Shown here: one piece after another, positions 1-8,356 of the stretch
Numbering within the stretch: the stretch's first letter is position 1
How the letters are laid out: each line of letters begins with the position of its first letter
NCBI RefSeq assembly: GCF_000015225.1
Contig: NC_008698.1
Location: 30,001-62,000 of the forward strand
Length of the DNA: 32,000 nt
Reading direction: 5' to 3'
Source: Thermofilum pendens Hrk 5
GTDB taxonomy: Archaea > Thermoproteota > Thermoprotei > Thermofilales > Thermofilaceae
Position numbers and translations under genes: made by a program
Notes under the pieces: generated by a model
Seen by the model: the letters and a program-made list of their open reading frames with translations, nothing else
What the model was told of the DNA's origin: nothing
Database searches by the model: none

Positions 1-792
1 CAGGAGGTGGAAGGGCGTCTCGTCGCCCAAGTTCTCCGCTACCCACCTAGCCAGGGACCTCAGCTTCTCCTCGTCGTCGCCCACTATTGGAACCACAAGG
101 TTCGTTATCTCTACGTGGATCCCCTTCTCCTTCATTCTGAGCAACGTGTCGTAGATGGGGCTTGGGTCTGGCACCCCCATAAACTTTCTGTAAAACTCCG
201 GGTCGCCTCCTCCCTTGAAGTCCACGGTGGCGGCGTCCAGGTAGGGCGCCAGCTCGTCGAGGGCCTCCGGGGATATGTAGCCGTTCGTAACCATCGTGTT
301 GAAGAGGCCCTCCTTCTTCGCTAGGCGCGCAGTGTCCAGCATGAACTCGTAGAATATCGTTGGCTCGTTGTAGGTGTACGAGATCCCGTCCGCCTGCAGC
401 CTCTTAGCCTCCCTTACGACGTCCTCCGGGGGGTAGTAGTGCCCGTAGAGCCCTCTCTCCAGCCTGCTCTGGCTTATCTCCCAGTTCTGGCAGAACTGGC
501 AGAAAAAGTTGCAGCCGGGCGTGGACACCGAGAACACCGCGCTACCCGGGTAGAAGTGGGAGAGAGGCTTCTTCTCGATAGGGTCTAGATTCGCGGCTGT
601 CAAGAGGCCGTAGACCAGCGTGTAAAGCTTGCCGTCGATATTCTTCCTCACACCGCAAACCCCGAACCTACCGGGGGCTATCACGCACCTCCTGTTGCAG
701 AGATTGCACTTCACGTAGCCCGGCTTCCCCTGAACCGGCTCCCAGAATGCCGCCTCCCTGACGAACGGTTTACCCAGCAACTTATCGCTCAT
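1..792 (-). CDS. amrS: AmmeMemoRadiSam-type radical SAM enzyme (PflA-like activase family), partial; the 3' end runs off the left edge of the window
   Basis: This ORF is absent from the ORF track because it has no stop codon in the window. Manual minus-strand translation from the ATG at 792 gives MSDKLLGKPFVREAAFWEPVQGKPGYVKCNLCNRRCVIAPGRFGVCGVRKN...STPGCNFFCQFCQNWEIS...TNGYISPEALDEL...FHLL, open for 264 codons to base 1. It carries an N-terminal Cys cluster plus a CNFFCQFC (CxxxCxxC) motif. A TATA-like GGTTTTAAAG (817-826, minus strand) lies about 30 nt upstream. Confidence 0.8.
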   Translation of the reverse strand, partial: MSDKLLGKPFVREAAFWEPVQGKPGYVKCNLCNRRCVIAPGRFGVCGVRKNIDGKLYTLVYGLLTAANLDPIEKKPLSHFYPGSAVFSVSTPGCNFFCQFCQNWEISQSRLERGLYGHYYPPEDVVREAKRLQADGISYTYNEPTIFYEFMLDTARLAKKEGLFNTMVTNGYISPEALDELAPYLDAATVDFKGGGDPEFYRKFMGVPDPSPIYDTLLRMKEKGIHVEITNLVVPIVGDDEEKLRSLARWVAENLGDETPFHLL

Positions 793-843
793 TCTACGAG
801 AATAAACGCCCCGCGCCTTTAAAACCTTTACCGAAGCGCTACG

Positions 844-1857
844 CTAGAGCTCCTCCTCGACCTCCACAGCGATGCTCCTATCGAGCTCTTCGAGCGCCTT
901 CGCCTTCTCCTCGATTCTCCGCTTGTCGACACCCTTGTTGAGGTGGCCGTTGATTACAATCACGAGCCTCGAGCCGCGCAGCTCTGTGCCCACGTAGGTC
1001 CCCTCGCCGGCGTAGGCGTTCTTGAAGGCGTCTCCGAGCCTGACGGCCGCCGCTATGACTCCCGCTTTTACCCCGAGCCTCTCGATGCGCGGGTCCTCCG
1101 TCAGCCTGGTCTTCCTCCTGTGGTGGTACACGGCAAACGAGACTATGTCGACGTCGCAGACCCCCCTTAGGAGGGGGTTTCTCTTAACCCACTCAGCCCC
1201 AACCTCGTGGTGCCTCTCCTCGGGGCCGAGAACCCTTCCCACGTCGTGCAGGAGTCCCGCCAGGTAGGCGTTCACGTAGTCCCTCCTATCGAAGCCGTAG
1301 ATACCGGAGAGGGATTCGAGCACGTCGAGAGCGACGCCGGCAACGCTCGACGCGTGGTCCAAGAACTTCCAGTACCCCTCGTCTTCGAGCTCCAGGAGGA
1401 GCCTTTCGAGGAAGCCGACGTCGAGAAGCCCCTTGACGCGGTAGAACCACCTCACGGCTAGAGCTTGCGACAGCGTCTCGTTCTCGTACCCGAGGCGCCG
1501 CAACCTGCGGAGCACGCCTTCAAAAGAGGAACCGTCCCTAAGCGCGAGGATCATGGCGACAGTGCTCCCGCTCCTACCTATCCCGCCGTAGCAGTGCACG
1601 AGAACCCCTCTACCGCTCTCCAGGTAGCGTAGCGACGGGAGGACTGCCTTCACGAGGACCCCCTCGAAGGCCCTGAAGGAGAAGTCCGGGATGGGGTAGT
1701 TCACCCTGTCGACCCCGCTCGGAACGCTGTACTGGCACTCCTCCTCGGTGAGGTCTACGACGAGCCCGAGCCCCCGCTTTGCGAGGGTTTCCAGTAGGTC
1801 GTCGTCTGGGCACGACGACCAGTAGAGCCCGCCCCCGAGATCCCTAAACCTCGCCAC
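844..1857 (-). CDS. Fusion protein: N-terminal Cys-based protein-tyrosine/dual-specificity phosphatase domain and C-terminal HD-domain phosphohydrolase
   Basis: The 337-aa ORF contains the VHCYGGIGRSGS motif, which is the HCX5R(S/T) P-loop. The C-terminal half has H...LLHDVGR...HH, an HD-type metal-binding pattern. Confidence 0.7.
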   Translation of the reverse strand: MARFRDLGGGLYWSSCPDDDLLETLAKRGLGLVVDLTEEECQYSVPSGVDRVNYPIPDFSFRAFEGVLVKAVLPSLRYLESGRGVLVHCYGGIGRSGSTVAMILALRDGSSFEGVLRRLRRLGYENETLSQALAVRWFYRVKGLLDVGFLERLLLELEDEGYWKFLDHASSVAGVALDVLESLSGIYGFDRRDYVNAYLAGLLHDVGRVLGPEERHHEVGAEWVKRNPLLRGVCDVDIVSFAVYHHRRKTRLTEDPRIERLGVKAGVIAAAVRLGDAFKNAYAGEGTYVGTELRGSRLVIVINGHLNKGVDKRRIEEKAKALEELDRSIAVEVEEEL

Positions 1858-1916
1858 GTGCTTTAGGTCCGGATCGGCGTTAAAAACCTCTCCGCGACGC
1901 TAAGCTCATAAAGGGC

Positions 1917-3326
1917 GTGCCCGCGTATACTTTGATGCACGAAGACGACGTGAAGCTGGTACTCGGGAAAGCGGGTTCTCTGGGCGTACAGTTCGCCGAG
2001 GTCCGGTTCGAGGAGAGCACCCGCGAGATCATCTCCTACGTTAACGGCAGGATAGCTTCTATGAGCAACCAGCGCCTGAGGGGAGTCGGCGTAAGGGTGC
2101 TCTACAACGGCAACTTCGGCTTCGCATCCACCTTCGACTTGAGCAGGGATGGGTTGCTCTCGGCGCTCGAAGAGGCCTTCAAGGCGGCTAGGGCTCTGGG
2201 GCCCGGCAACAAGAGGCTAGCGGAGGTGGAGGCCTCCAAGAGGCGGTACAGCATAGAGGGCGTGAAGAGGCACCCGGCGCGCGCAGAGCTCGCGGAGAAG
2301 CTCGACCTCGTCAAGAGGGCTTACGAGACCCTAAAGTCCGGGGGCGCCTCCTCGGCTGTCGTGAGGTACGGGGCGTACTACGGGAGGGTGGAGGTCTATA
2401 CGAGCGAGGGGCTGGAGGTGTCCTCGGAGAGGCTCGTTACGGGCGTCTCGGCTACCGCCGTGCTTAGGGAGAACGGCAGGGTGGGCGACGGGACCGAGAC
2501 TTACGGAGCGTCGAAGGGCCTCGAGGCGTTCACGGGGGACCGCGCGCCCGAGGCTATAGCCGAGAAGGCACTCGAGGTCGCTAGGGCCGCGCTGAACGCG
2601 TCTAGGCCTCCCGCCGGGCTACAGACCGTCATCACCCGCCCCGAGCTCACGGGGGTGTTCGCCCACGAGAGCTTCGGGCACTTGACGGAAGGCGACGGGG
2701 TGTTCGCCGGGTCCAGCCCGCTGGTCGGGAGGCTGGGAGAGGTACTCGCAAGCGAGCAGGTAACAATAGTCGACTCCGGGTTCGACGAGAGGGGAGGCTA
2801 CGTGTTGCTCGCCGACGACGAGGGGGTTCCCACGGAGCGCACGATCCTAGTGGAGAAGGGGGTGCTCAAGGGCTACCTGCACAGCAGGGAGAGCGCGGCA
2901 CTCACGGGGATGAAGCCTACAGGCAACGGGCGCGCGCAGAGCTTTGCCCACGACGTGATCGTCCGCATGCGCAACACGTTCTTCGAGGCCGGCGACTGGA
3001 CCGAGGAAGAGATAATCAGGGAGACTAGGCACGGCATACTGCTGGACAAGCCGGCGGGCGGGCAGGTGGAGGAGGACGGCACGTTCACGTTCAACGCCAG
3101 GATAGGGTATATAGTGGAGAACGGGGAGCTGAAGCAGCCAGTCAGGGACGTCGTACTGGCGGGGAACATACTCGAGATGCTGAAGTACGTAGATGCCGCC
3201 GGTAAAAACGTAGAAATATCCACGAGCCCCTTCGGCGGTTGCGGCAAGTGGGGACAGATGGTCCACGTAGGCGACGGTGGACCGACGCTCAGAGTTTCCC
3301 GCTTGCTCGTGGGTGGTGAGAGATGA
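1917..3326 (+). CDS. tldD: TldD family metalloprotease
   Basis: The 469-aa ORF carries an HESFGH (HExxxH) motif and has the length and C-terminal Gly-rich region of the PmbA_TldD family. The track start is a GTG at 1917. The ATG at 1935 (MHEDDVK) lies about 25 nt downstream of a CATAAAG TATA-like element and is a plausible true start. Confidence 0.88.
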   Translation: MPAYTLMHEDDVKLVLGKAGSLGVQFAEVRFEESTREIISYVNGRIASMSNQRLRGVGVRVLYNGNFGFASTFDLSRDGLLSALEEAFKAARALGPGNKRLAEVEASKRRYSIEGVKRHPARAELAEKLDLVKRAYETLKSGGASSAVVRYGAYYGRVEVYTSEGLEVSSERLVTGVSATAVLRENGRVGDGTETYGASKGLEAFTGDRAPEAIAEKALEVARAALNASRPPAGLQTVITRPELTGVFAHESFGHLTEGDGVFAGSSPLVGRLGEVLASEQVTIVDSGFDERGGYVLLADDEGVPTERTILVEKGVLKGYLHSRESAALTGMKPTGNGRAQSFAHDVIVRMRNTFFEAGDWTEEEIIRETRHGILLDKPAGGQVEEDGTFTFNARIGYIVENGELKQPVRDVVLAGNILEMLKYVDAAGKNVEISTSPFGGCGKWGQMVHVGDGGPTLRVSRLLVGGER

Positions 3327-4651
3327 TCGGAGAGATACCGTACTTGGCGGAGTGGCTCGTAAAACGCGCCCTCGAGCTAGGGGCGGACGAGGCGGAGGCT
3401 AGCTTCTCGGTGTACAGGGAGAGGAGCGTCAAGTCGGAGGGCGCCTACCCCAAGGCGCTCTCGCGGGCATCCGTGGACGTCTGGATACGCGTGGCCAAGG
3501 GCAAGAGGGTCGCCATCGTCACGGCGACCTCCCTGGACAGGGACGTCCTCTCCGAAATCCTCGAGAGGGGGGTGGCGATGGCGAGGGTAGCCGAGGAGGA
3601 CCCACACTGGGGAGGGCTACCCGACCCCGAGGGGCCGACGCACGGCTGGGTGGGCTTCGACGAGGGGGTAGCGACTTTGGGCGCGGATTGGCTTATCGCC
3701 GCGGTTAGAGAGCTGGCGGAGGAGGTGCGGGGAAGATTCCCGGACGTGAAGGTCACCGGGTCGGGGGCGAGCGCGGCCTCCGGCTACAGCTACGTCTACA
3801 ACAGCAGGGGGCTGAGAGCGGAGGACAGGGGGACGTCGATGGGCGTGTACCTCTCCACGAAGGCTTCGCACGCGGGCGGAGAGGGGACGGGCTTCGCGTT
3901 CATCCACTCGAGGAGCATGGTCGCGGAGCTGGAGGGGCTAGCGGAGAGAGCCAGCAGGCTGGCGCTCGACGCGGCTAGGGGTGAGAAGCTGGGATCCTCG
4001 GTAACCGGGAACGTGCTCTTCAAGCCCTACCCCTTGGCGGAGCTCCTGGACTACCTGCTCGTACCCGCGCTCAACGCTATGAACGTCCTCGAGGGGCTCA
4101 GCCCGCTGAGAGACAAGGTTGGCGAAAAGGTCCTCGGAGAGATGACGCTCCTAGACGACGGAACCCTCCCCGGAGGCATTGAGACCTCGCTCTTCGACGC
4201 CGAGGGTGTGCCGCGCAGGCGGACCTTGCTGGTCGAAAGAGGCGTGCTTAGGGGTTACCTGCACAACACGTACACCGCCAGGAGGATGTCGACGAAGAGC
4301 ACCGGTAACGCCGGTAGGGCTAGGGGCTCGTACACGGTGTCGCGCTCGAACATGGTAGTGGAGGGAGGAGACGAGTCCGAGGAGGAGCTAGCGCGAGACG
4401 CCGCCGTCGTTGTGGACGGAAGCCTCCTAAGCGTTCACACGGTGAACTACGTCACGGGTAACTTCAGCGTTGTAGCCACGAACCCATACCTCGTCAAGAA
4501 CGGGGAACTTAAACCCCTCAAGCCCGTAACGATAGCCGGGAACATATACCAGTCGGCCCCCACGTTGAGGTTCTCCAGAACCCCCAGGAATACCTACACC
4601 GGCTTCTACCTGCCCGAAACGCTCGTAGGAAAAGTCACGGTATCAGGCTAG
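3323..4651 (+). CDS. pmbA: PmbA/TldE family protein (partner of TldD)
   Basis: The 442-aa ORF is a paralogous fold to the upstream TldD and lacks HExxxH. Its start overlaps the tldD stop in an ATGA arrangement at 3323-3326, consistent with translational coupling. Confidence 0.82.
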   Translation: MIGEIPYLAEWLVKRALELGADEAEASFSVYRERSVKSEGAYPKALSRASVDVWIRVAKGKRVAIVTATSLDRDVLSEILERGVAMARVAEEDPHWGGLPDPEGPTHGWVGFDEGVATLGADWLIAAVRELAEEVRGRFPDVKVTGSGASAASGYSYVYNSRGLRAEDRGTSMGVYLSTKASHAGGEGTGFAFIHSRSMVAELEGLAERASRLALDAARGEKLGSSVTGNVLFKPYPLAELLDYLLVPALNAMNVLEGLSPLRDKVGEKVLGEMTLLDDGTLPGGIETSLFDAEGVPRRRTLLVERGVLRGYLHNTYTARRMSTKSTGNAGRARGSYTVSRSNMVVEGGDESEEELARDAAVVVDGSLLSVHTVNYVTGNFSVVATNPYLVKNGELKPLKPVTIAGNIYQSAPTLRFSRTPRNTYTGFYLPETLVGKVTVSG

Positions 4652-4660
4652 AAAAAGATT

Positions 4661-5494
4661 CTACCTTTCTCCTCCCGTCGCCAGCAGGTCCAGCCTAAAG
4701 GACCATATGTCGTAGAGCTCCCTCGGTACGCCTCCCCCTACAACCCTCTCGTCGACGACCTTCCAGTAGCCACCGCACTTGTAGCAAACCATCAGCTTGA
4801 ACTTGTCCTCGCCTTTAACGGGGATCTCGACCACCGTCTTCCTGTCCGAGTTACCACAGTACGGGCACTTCCCCTCCGGGTAGCCCCACTCCGTCCCGCA
4901 GAACTGGCACCGGAGATGCGCGTGACCACCCGCGTCGACGTATTCGAGCTTGGTCGGGCCGCCGCACACAGGGCAACGCCCGCTGGTCCACGTCGAGAAG
5001 TCTACCTTCGAGCTGACGGCGTCCGAGAGGGCCTGGAATATCGGCTGAAGGGACCAGGCGATCACGGCTTCCAGTATCTCCGGGTCCACGCCAACCCTCT
5101 CCGCCACCCCATGGACATGCTCCTCGTCGCCTGCGAACAGTGCGTCCGAGAGCTCCTTCAGCCTGAGCTCCCCGGTCTTCCTGGACTCCTCTATCCTCGC
5201 TATAGGCTCCCTGGTCTCCGGAAGGCTCTCGGAGAGGTAGCCCGTCACCGCCGCGTAGGCCTTCTCGATGTCTTCCTCGCTTATCTCAAGGGGTAGCGAC
5301 AGGAAAGCGGGCTTACCCTCCTTGAAGCCCTCCTGAACCTTCTCCACGTCTATATCCCTGAACTTCTCGGCGTAGAACCCCTTAGCCTCTTCCTGCACCT
5401 CTATGAGCCCTACGTACGTAGCGAGAGAACCTTCCTCGATGGGAATGTCCTTCTGTATCTCCTTCAGCTTTTCCTTCAAGTTTCCCTTGCTCAT
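4661..5494 (-). CDS. fdhE: FdhE-like Cys-rich protein (four CxxC pairs, rubredoxin-like)
   Basis: The 277-aa ORF has the FdhE-type spacing CPVCGG...LRCQFCGTEW...KCPYCGN...VCYKCGGYWK. No formate dehydrogenase genes are present in the window. Confidence 0.65.
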   Translation of the reverse strand: MSKGNLKEKLKEIQKDIPIEEGSLATYVGLIEVQEEAKGFYAEKFRDIDVEKVQEGFKEGKPAFLSLPLEISEEDIEKAYAAVTGYLSESLPETREPIARIEESRKTGELRLKELSDALFAGDEEHVHGVAERVGVDPEILEAVIAWSLQPIFQALSDAVSSKVDFSTWTSGRCPVCGGPTKLEYVDAGGHAHLRCQFCGTEWGYPEGKCPYCGNSDRKTVVEIPVKGEDKFKLMVCYKCGGYWKVVDERVVGGGVPRELYDIWSFRLDLLATGGER

Positions 5495-5567
5495 TTAACT
5501 CATCTCTCGGCGGATACCTATGCGAAAAACACATTAAAAAACCTGGCGACTGCGGAGCGCGCGCTCC

Positions 5568-6461
5568 TCAAAGGGACTGCCTAAGCCCTTGAGGGTACCT
5601 CAGGAAGGCGGCGACGGCGTCGCCGGGGTTCACCCTGGCTGCCTGCGCTATGGGCCTGCACTTTGCCACGAAAGCTACGAATACCGCGGTCTTCGGCGGG
5701 CTCATCAGGAAAGCCTCGAAGTTAGCCATGCCCTTCGATATCACGACGTCTGCCCACTCGAGGGCCTTCACAGCCTCCTCCGAGACGTAGCCCGGGACCA
5801 CCCCGGGAAAATCGCTCCCCGTGCTCACGACCTCGCCGAGCTCCTGGAAGCCCATCCTCAGGGCGTCGTCGTGCGTCACGTCGTTCTGGTAGGGAGCACC
5901 CTTCGCCACTATCTTGAGCTGGATTCCCATCCTCCTGAGCTCCCTCAGGACGAGCCCGTCGAACACCGCTTCGCCGCAGTTATCCAGCAGGTACGTGACC
6001 CTAGAGCTCTGCAGGAGCGTTAGGTAGAGCCTGTCCGTCTCGTCCCTCGCGAACCTCAGCGAGGAGGCCTTCTCGAGGAGCTGCTCCGGCGAAACCCCCA
6101 TCGGGGACCCCGGGTCCACGAGGTTCGCCGCGACGCTCAGCGACAGGAAGTACTTGAACCTCTCGTAGCCCTCCAGCCCCTCAGCCCTCGCCGCGAGCCT
6201 CTCGACAACGCTCATTGCCGCCGCGTGGCTCTGCTCCTTGAAATACCTGTAGGGGTCCTCGGCTCCCAACAGCTCCTTGACCTTCCTGAAAGCCTTCCAC
6301 GCCAGGACGACCGTGGAGGACGACGGCTCCACGAGCCCGCCGTAGAAAACAGTGAGCTTGCCCAGAGCCTCCACTTTCGCCTCGTCGGAGAGGTTGGACG
6401 CCAGCACCTCCCCAGCCCTCGTCCTGTAGATGCAGAGCACGCACTCCGGGTGTATCCTCAC
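5568..6461 (-). CDS. DUF89 / ARMT1-like damage-control phosphatase family protein
   Basis: The 297-aa ORF has N-terminal ECVLCI, then DNCGEAVFD and KGMANFE motifs typical of DUF89. The start is a GTG at 6461, with a TATA box at 6485-6494. Confidence 0.7.
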   Translation of the reverse strand: MRIHPECVLCIYRTRAGEVLASNLSDEAKVEALGKLTVFYGGLVEPSSSTVVLAWKAFRKVKELLGAEDPYRYFKEQSHAAAMSVVERLAARAEGLEGYERFKYFLSLSVAANLVDPGSPMGVSPEQLLEKASSLRFARDETDRLYLTLLQSSRVTYLLDNCGEAVFDGLVLRELRRMGIQLKIVAKGAPYQNDVTHDDALRMGFQELGEVVSTGSDFPGVVPGYVSEEAVKALEWADVVISKGMANFEAFLMSPPKTAVFVAFVAKCRPIAQAARVNPGDAVAAFLRYPQGLRQSL

Positions 6462-6484
6462 GGTACACCCAGCCCTCCGGGCCC

Positions 6485-6494
6485 CTTATATACC
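6485..6494 (-). promoter_or_regulatory. TATA box (GGTATATAAG on the minus strand) for the DUF89 gene
   Basis: The sequence CTTATATACC lies 24-33 nt upstream of the minus-strand GTG at 6461. Confidence 0.6.
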
Positions 6495-6514
6495 CTGCGC
6501 GTCGTGTGAAAACG

Positions 6515-6524
6515 CTTATATACC
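6515..6524 (+). promoter_or_regulatory. TATA box for upp
   Basis: An identical 10-mer, CTTATATACC, lies 19-28 nt upstream of the GTG at 6543. Confidence 0.6.
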
Positions 6525-6542
6525 GATACCGGGTAGTGGCTG

Positions 6543-7196
6543 GTGGTTTCCTTGGGTAGCGTCAAGGTTCTCGGGAACCCGGTGCTACAGGAGATACTCG
6601 GCAAGCTGAGATCCAGGGATACTCCGCGCAGGGAGTTCAGGGAGCTGCTGTTCAAGGCAGGCGTGTTCGAGGCGTACGAGATAGCAGAGGAGCTCCCCAC
6701 CGAAGAGTGCTCCGTCGAGACACCGCTCGGACGCAGGGCTCCCTGCGTCAGGGTTACTGGAAAACTGGCGATAGTCGCTGTCCTCAGGGCCGCGCTACCG
6801 ATGGCGATGGGGATGCTGGAAGTCTTCCCCGACGCCGCGCTGGGCTTCGTCGCCGCGAAGCGCTTAGAGGCCGACGCGCCGCCGCGGGACTGGAGGCTCG
6901 AGGTCTCCGTTCCCTACGTCTCCATGCCGCCGGACGCCGAGAACCTGGTAATAGTAGACCCCATGCTCGCAACAGGCTCCACGCTGGCGAGCGTGATTGA
7001 GAGGCTGAAGGGAGGCGGCTACTCCTACGGGAGGCTCTACGTAGCCACGGTGATATCCACGGAGCAGGGGATAAGGAGGGTTTTATCCGTCGAGCCGGAG
7101 GCCAGGATCTATACCCTCAGCGTGGACCCGGAGCTCAACGATAAAGCCTTCATAGTGCCCGGGCTCGGCGACGCCGGGGACAGGGCTTTCGGCTGA
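6543..7196 (+). CDS. upp: Uracil phosphoribosyltransferase
   Basis: The 217-aa ORF has the PRPP-binding motif VIVDPMLATGSTL and a C-terminal IVPGLGDAGDRAFG. Confidence 0.9.
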   Translation: MVSLGSVKVLGNPVLQEILGKLRSRDTPRREFRELLFKAGVFEAYEIAEELPTEECSVETPLGRRAPCVRVTGKLAIVAVLRAALPMAMGMLEVFPDAALGFVAAKRLEADAPPRDWRLEVSVPYVSMPPDAENLVIVDPMLATGSTLASVIERLKGGGYSYGRLYVATVISTEQGIRRVLSVEPEARIYTLSVDPELNDKAFIVPGLGDAGDRAFG

Positions 7197-7212
7197 AGCC
7201 CAGCCCGACGGG

Positions 7213-7554
7213 GTGCACGGCTTGAGCTCCAGGGAGGGGGTGCTGAGAAGCTTTCTCTCGAGGGCGAGGGGGTTCAGGGGGGTCGCCGCGGTCGAGGGGG
7301 GCAAGGTATACCTCGCCGGGGAGATTACGCGGGAACAGGTAGAGCGGGCGGCGGAGGCCTTCTCCTTCGCCTCGGAGGTCTTGAGGAAGGCTAGGGGGAT
7401 AGGCGTGAAGGTGCTAGTGGCGGAGGGCGAGGGGGGCGGGCTCGTCTACGCGAAGTACGGCTTCACGAGCTACGTAGTGGCGGTCTACAGGGACATATCC
7501 CTGGGCGTCGCGTACCACGAGGTCAAGAGGCTTGTAGCCGAGCTCGCAGGGTAG
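7213..7554 (+). CDS. Hypothetical protein, tentatively Roadblock/LC7 (MglB-like) fold
   Basis: The 113-aa ORF has genome-typical codon usage. Its alpha-beta-beta-alpha-beta-beta-alpha residue pattern resembles Roadblock domains, but it has no diagnostic motif. The start codon is uncertain. Confidence 0.45.
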   Translation: MHGLSSREGVLRSFLSRARGFRGVAAVEGGKVYLAGEITREQVERAAEAFSFASEVLRKARGIGVKVLVAEGEGGGLVYAKYGFTSYVVAVYRDISLGVAYHEVKRLVAELAG

Positions 7555-7595
7555 CCCCGCGACCTTTATATACGAGCTTTACGCGAATTACAGTA

Positions 7596-7829
7596 ATGGC
7601 AGTGATCACCGTAAGGATAGACGAGGAGACGAAGAGGCTTATGGAGAGCGTGAAGATCAACTGGAGCGAGTTCATAAGGAGGGCTATCAGGGAGAAGATA
7701 GCCGAGGAGAGGAGAAAGAACCTCGCGAAAGCAGTCCTCATAAACGAGAGAGTTAGGAAGAGGAGCAGAGGAGAGGAAAAAGCCGAAGACATCGTGAGGA
7801 GGTTCAGGGATGCGAGAAGCGGTAGTTGA
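7596..7829 (+). CDS. vapB: VapB-type antitoxin (small DNA-binding protein)
   Basis: The 77-aa ORF (MAVITVRIDEETKRLMESVKINWSEFIRRAIREKI) overlaps the downstream PIN gene by 20 nt. A TATA box CTTTATATAC (7563-7572) lies upstream. Confidence 0.7.
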   Translation: MAVITVRIDEETKRLMESVKINWSEFIRRAIREKIAEERRKNLAKAVLINERVRKRSRGEEKAEDIVRRFRDARSGS

Positions 7830-8232
7830 CGCCAGCGTGGTTGTGAAGTGGTTCGTCGAGGAGGAGGGCTCGGATAAAGCGCTGAAAGTAAGGGACATGT
7901 ACGTCGAGGGGGAGGTAGAGCTCGTAGCCCCAGAGCTCCTCGTGTACGAGGTTCTCAACGCGCTGTACTACAAGAGGCTTTTCTCGGAGGAGGAAATGGC
8001 GCAGGTACTCGAAGCACTCGAAGCCTACTCCTTCAAGCTCTACCCCCTCAAGGGCGAGTACGCGAGGAAAGCCCTAGAGATCTCCTATAGGTGCGACGTA
8101 ACGGTGTACGACGCCTCCTACGTGGCGCTGGCAGTCCTCAGGGACACCTACGTATACACGGCGGACGAGAAGCTCGCGAGAAGGCTCGGCGAGCCCTACT
8201 CGGGGAGGGTAAAGCTCATCTCGAGCCTATAG
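7810..8232 (+). CDS. vapC: PIN-domain ribonuclease toxin VapC
   Basis: The 140-aa ORF starts with VVDASVVVKWF (first acidic residue) and later has YDASYVALA and YTAD acidic positions typical of PIN domains. Confidence 0.85.
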   Translation: MREAVVDASVVVKWFVEEEGSDKALKVRDMYVEGEVELVAPELLVYEVLNALYYKRLFSEEEMAQVLEALEAYSFKLYPLKGEYARKALEISYRCDVTVYDASYVALAVLRDTYVYTADEKLARRLGEPYSGRVKLISSL

Positions 8233-8356
8233 CTCAGCCAATCAAGCTCTCCTCACCCCTCGGGACCAGAAACCCTCATCACCGAGACTACCAGCTGTAC
8301 GCACAGATATAAACCTTGACACAACGCGTATAACCCCCGCCGCGGAGCCACAACCG

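Noticed and set aside
7-324. 105-aa plus-strand ORF at the left edge of the window
   Set aside because: It is antisense to a much better minus-strand reading frame (the radical SAM enzyme, open across 1-792 with clear motifs). It is a shadow ORF typical of GC-rich DNA.
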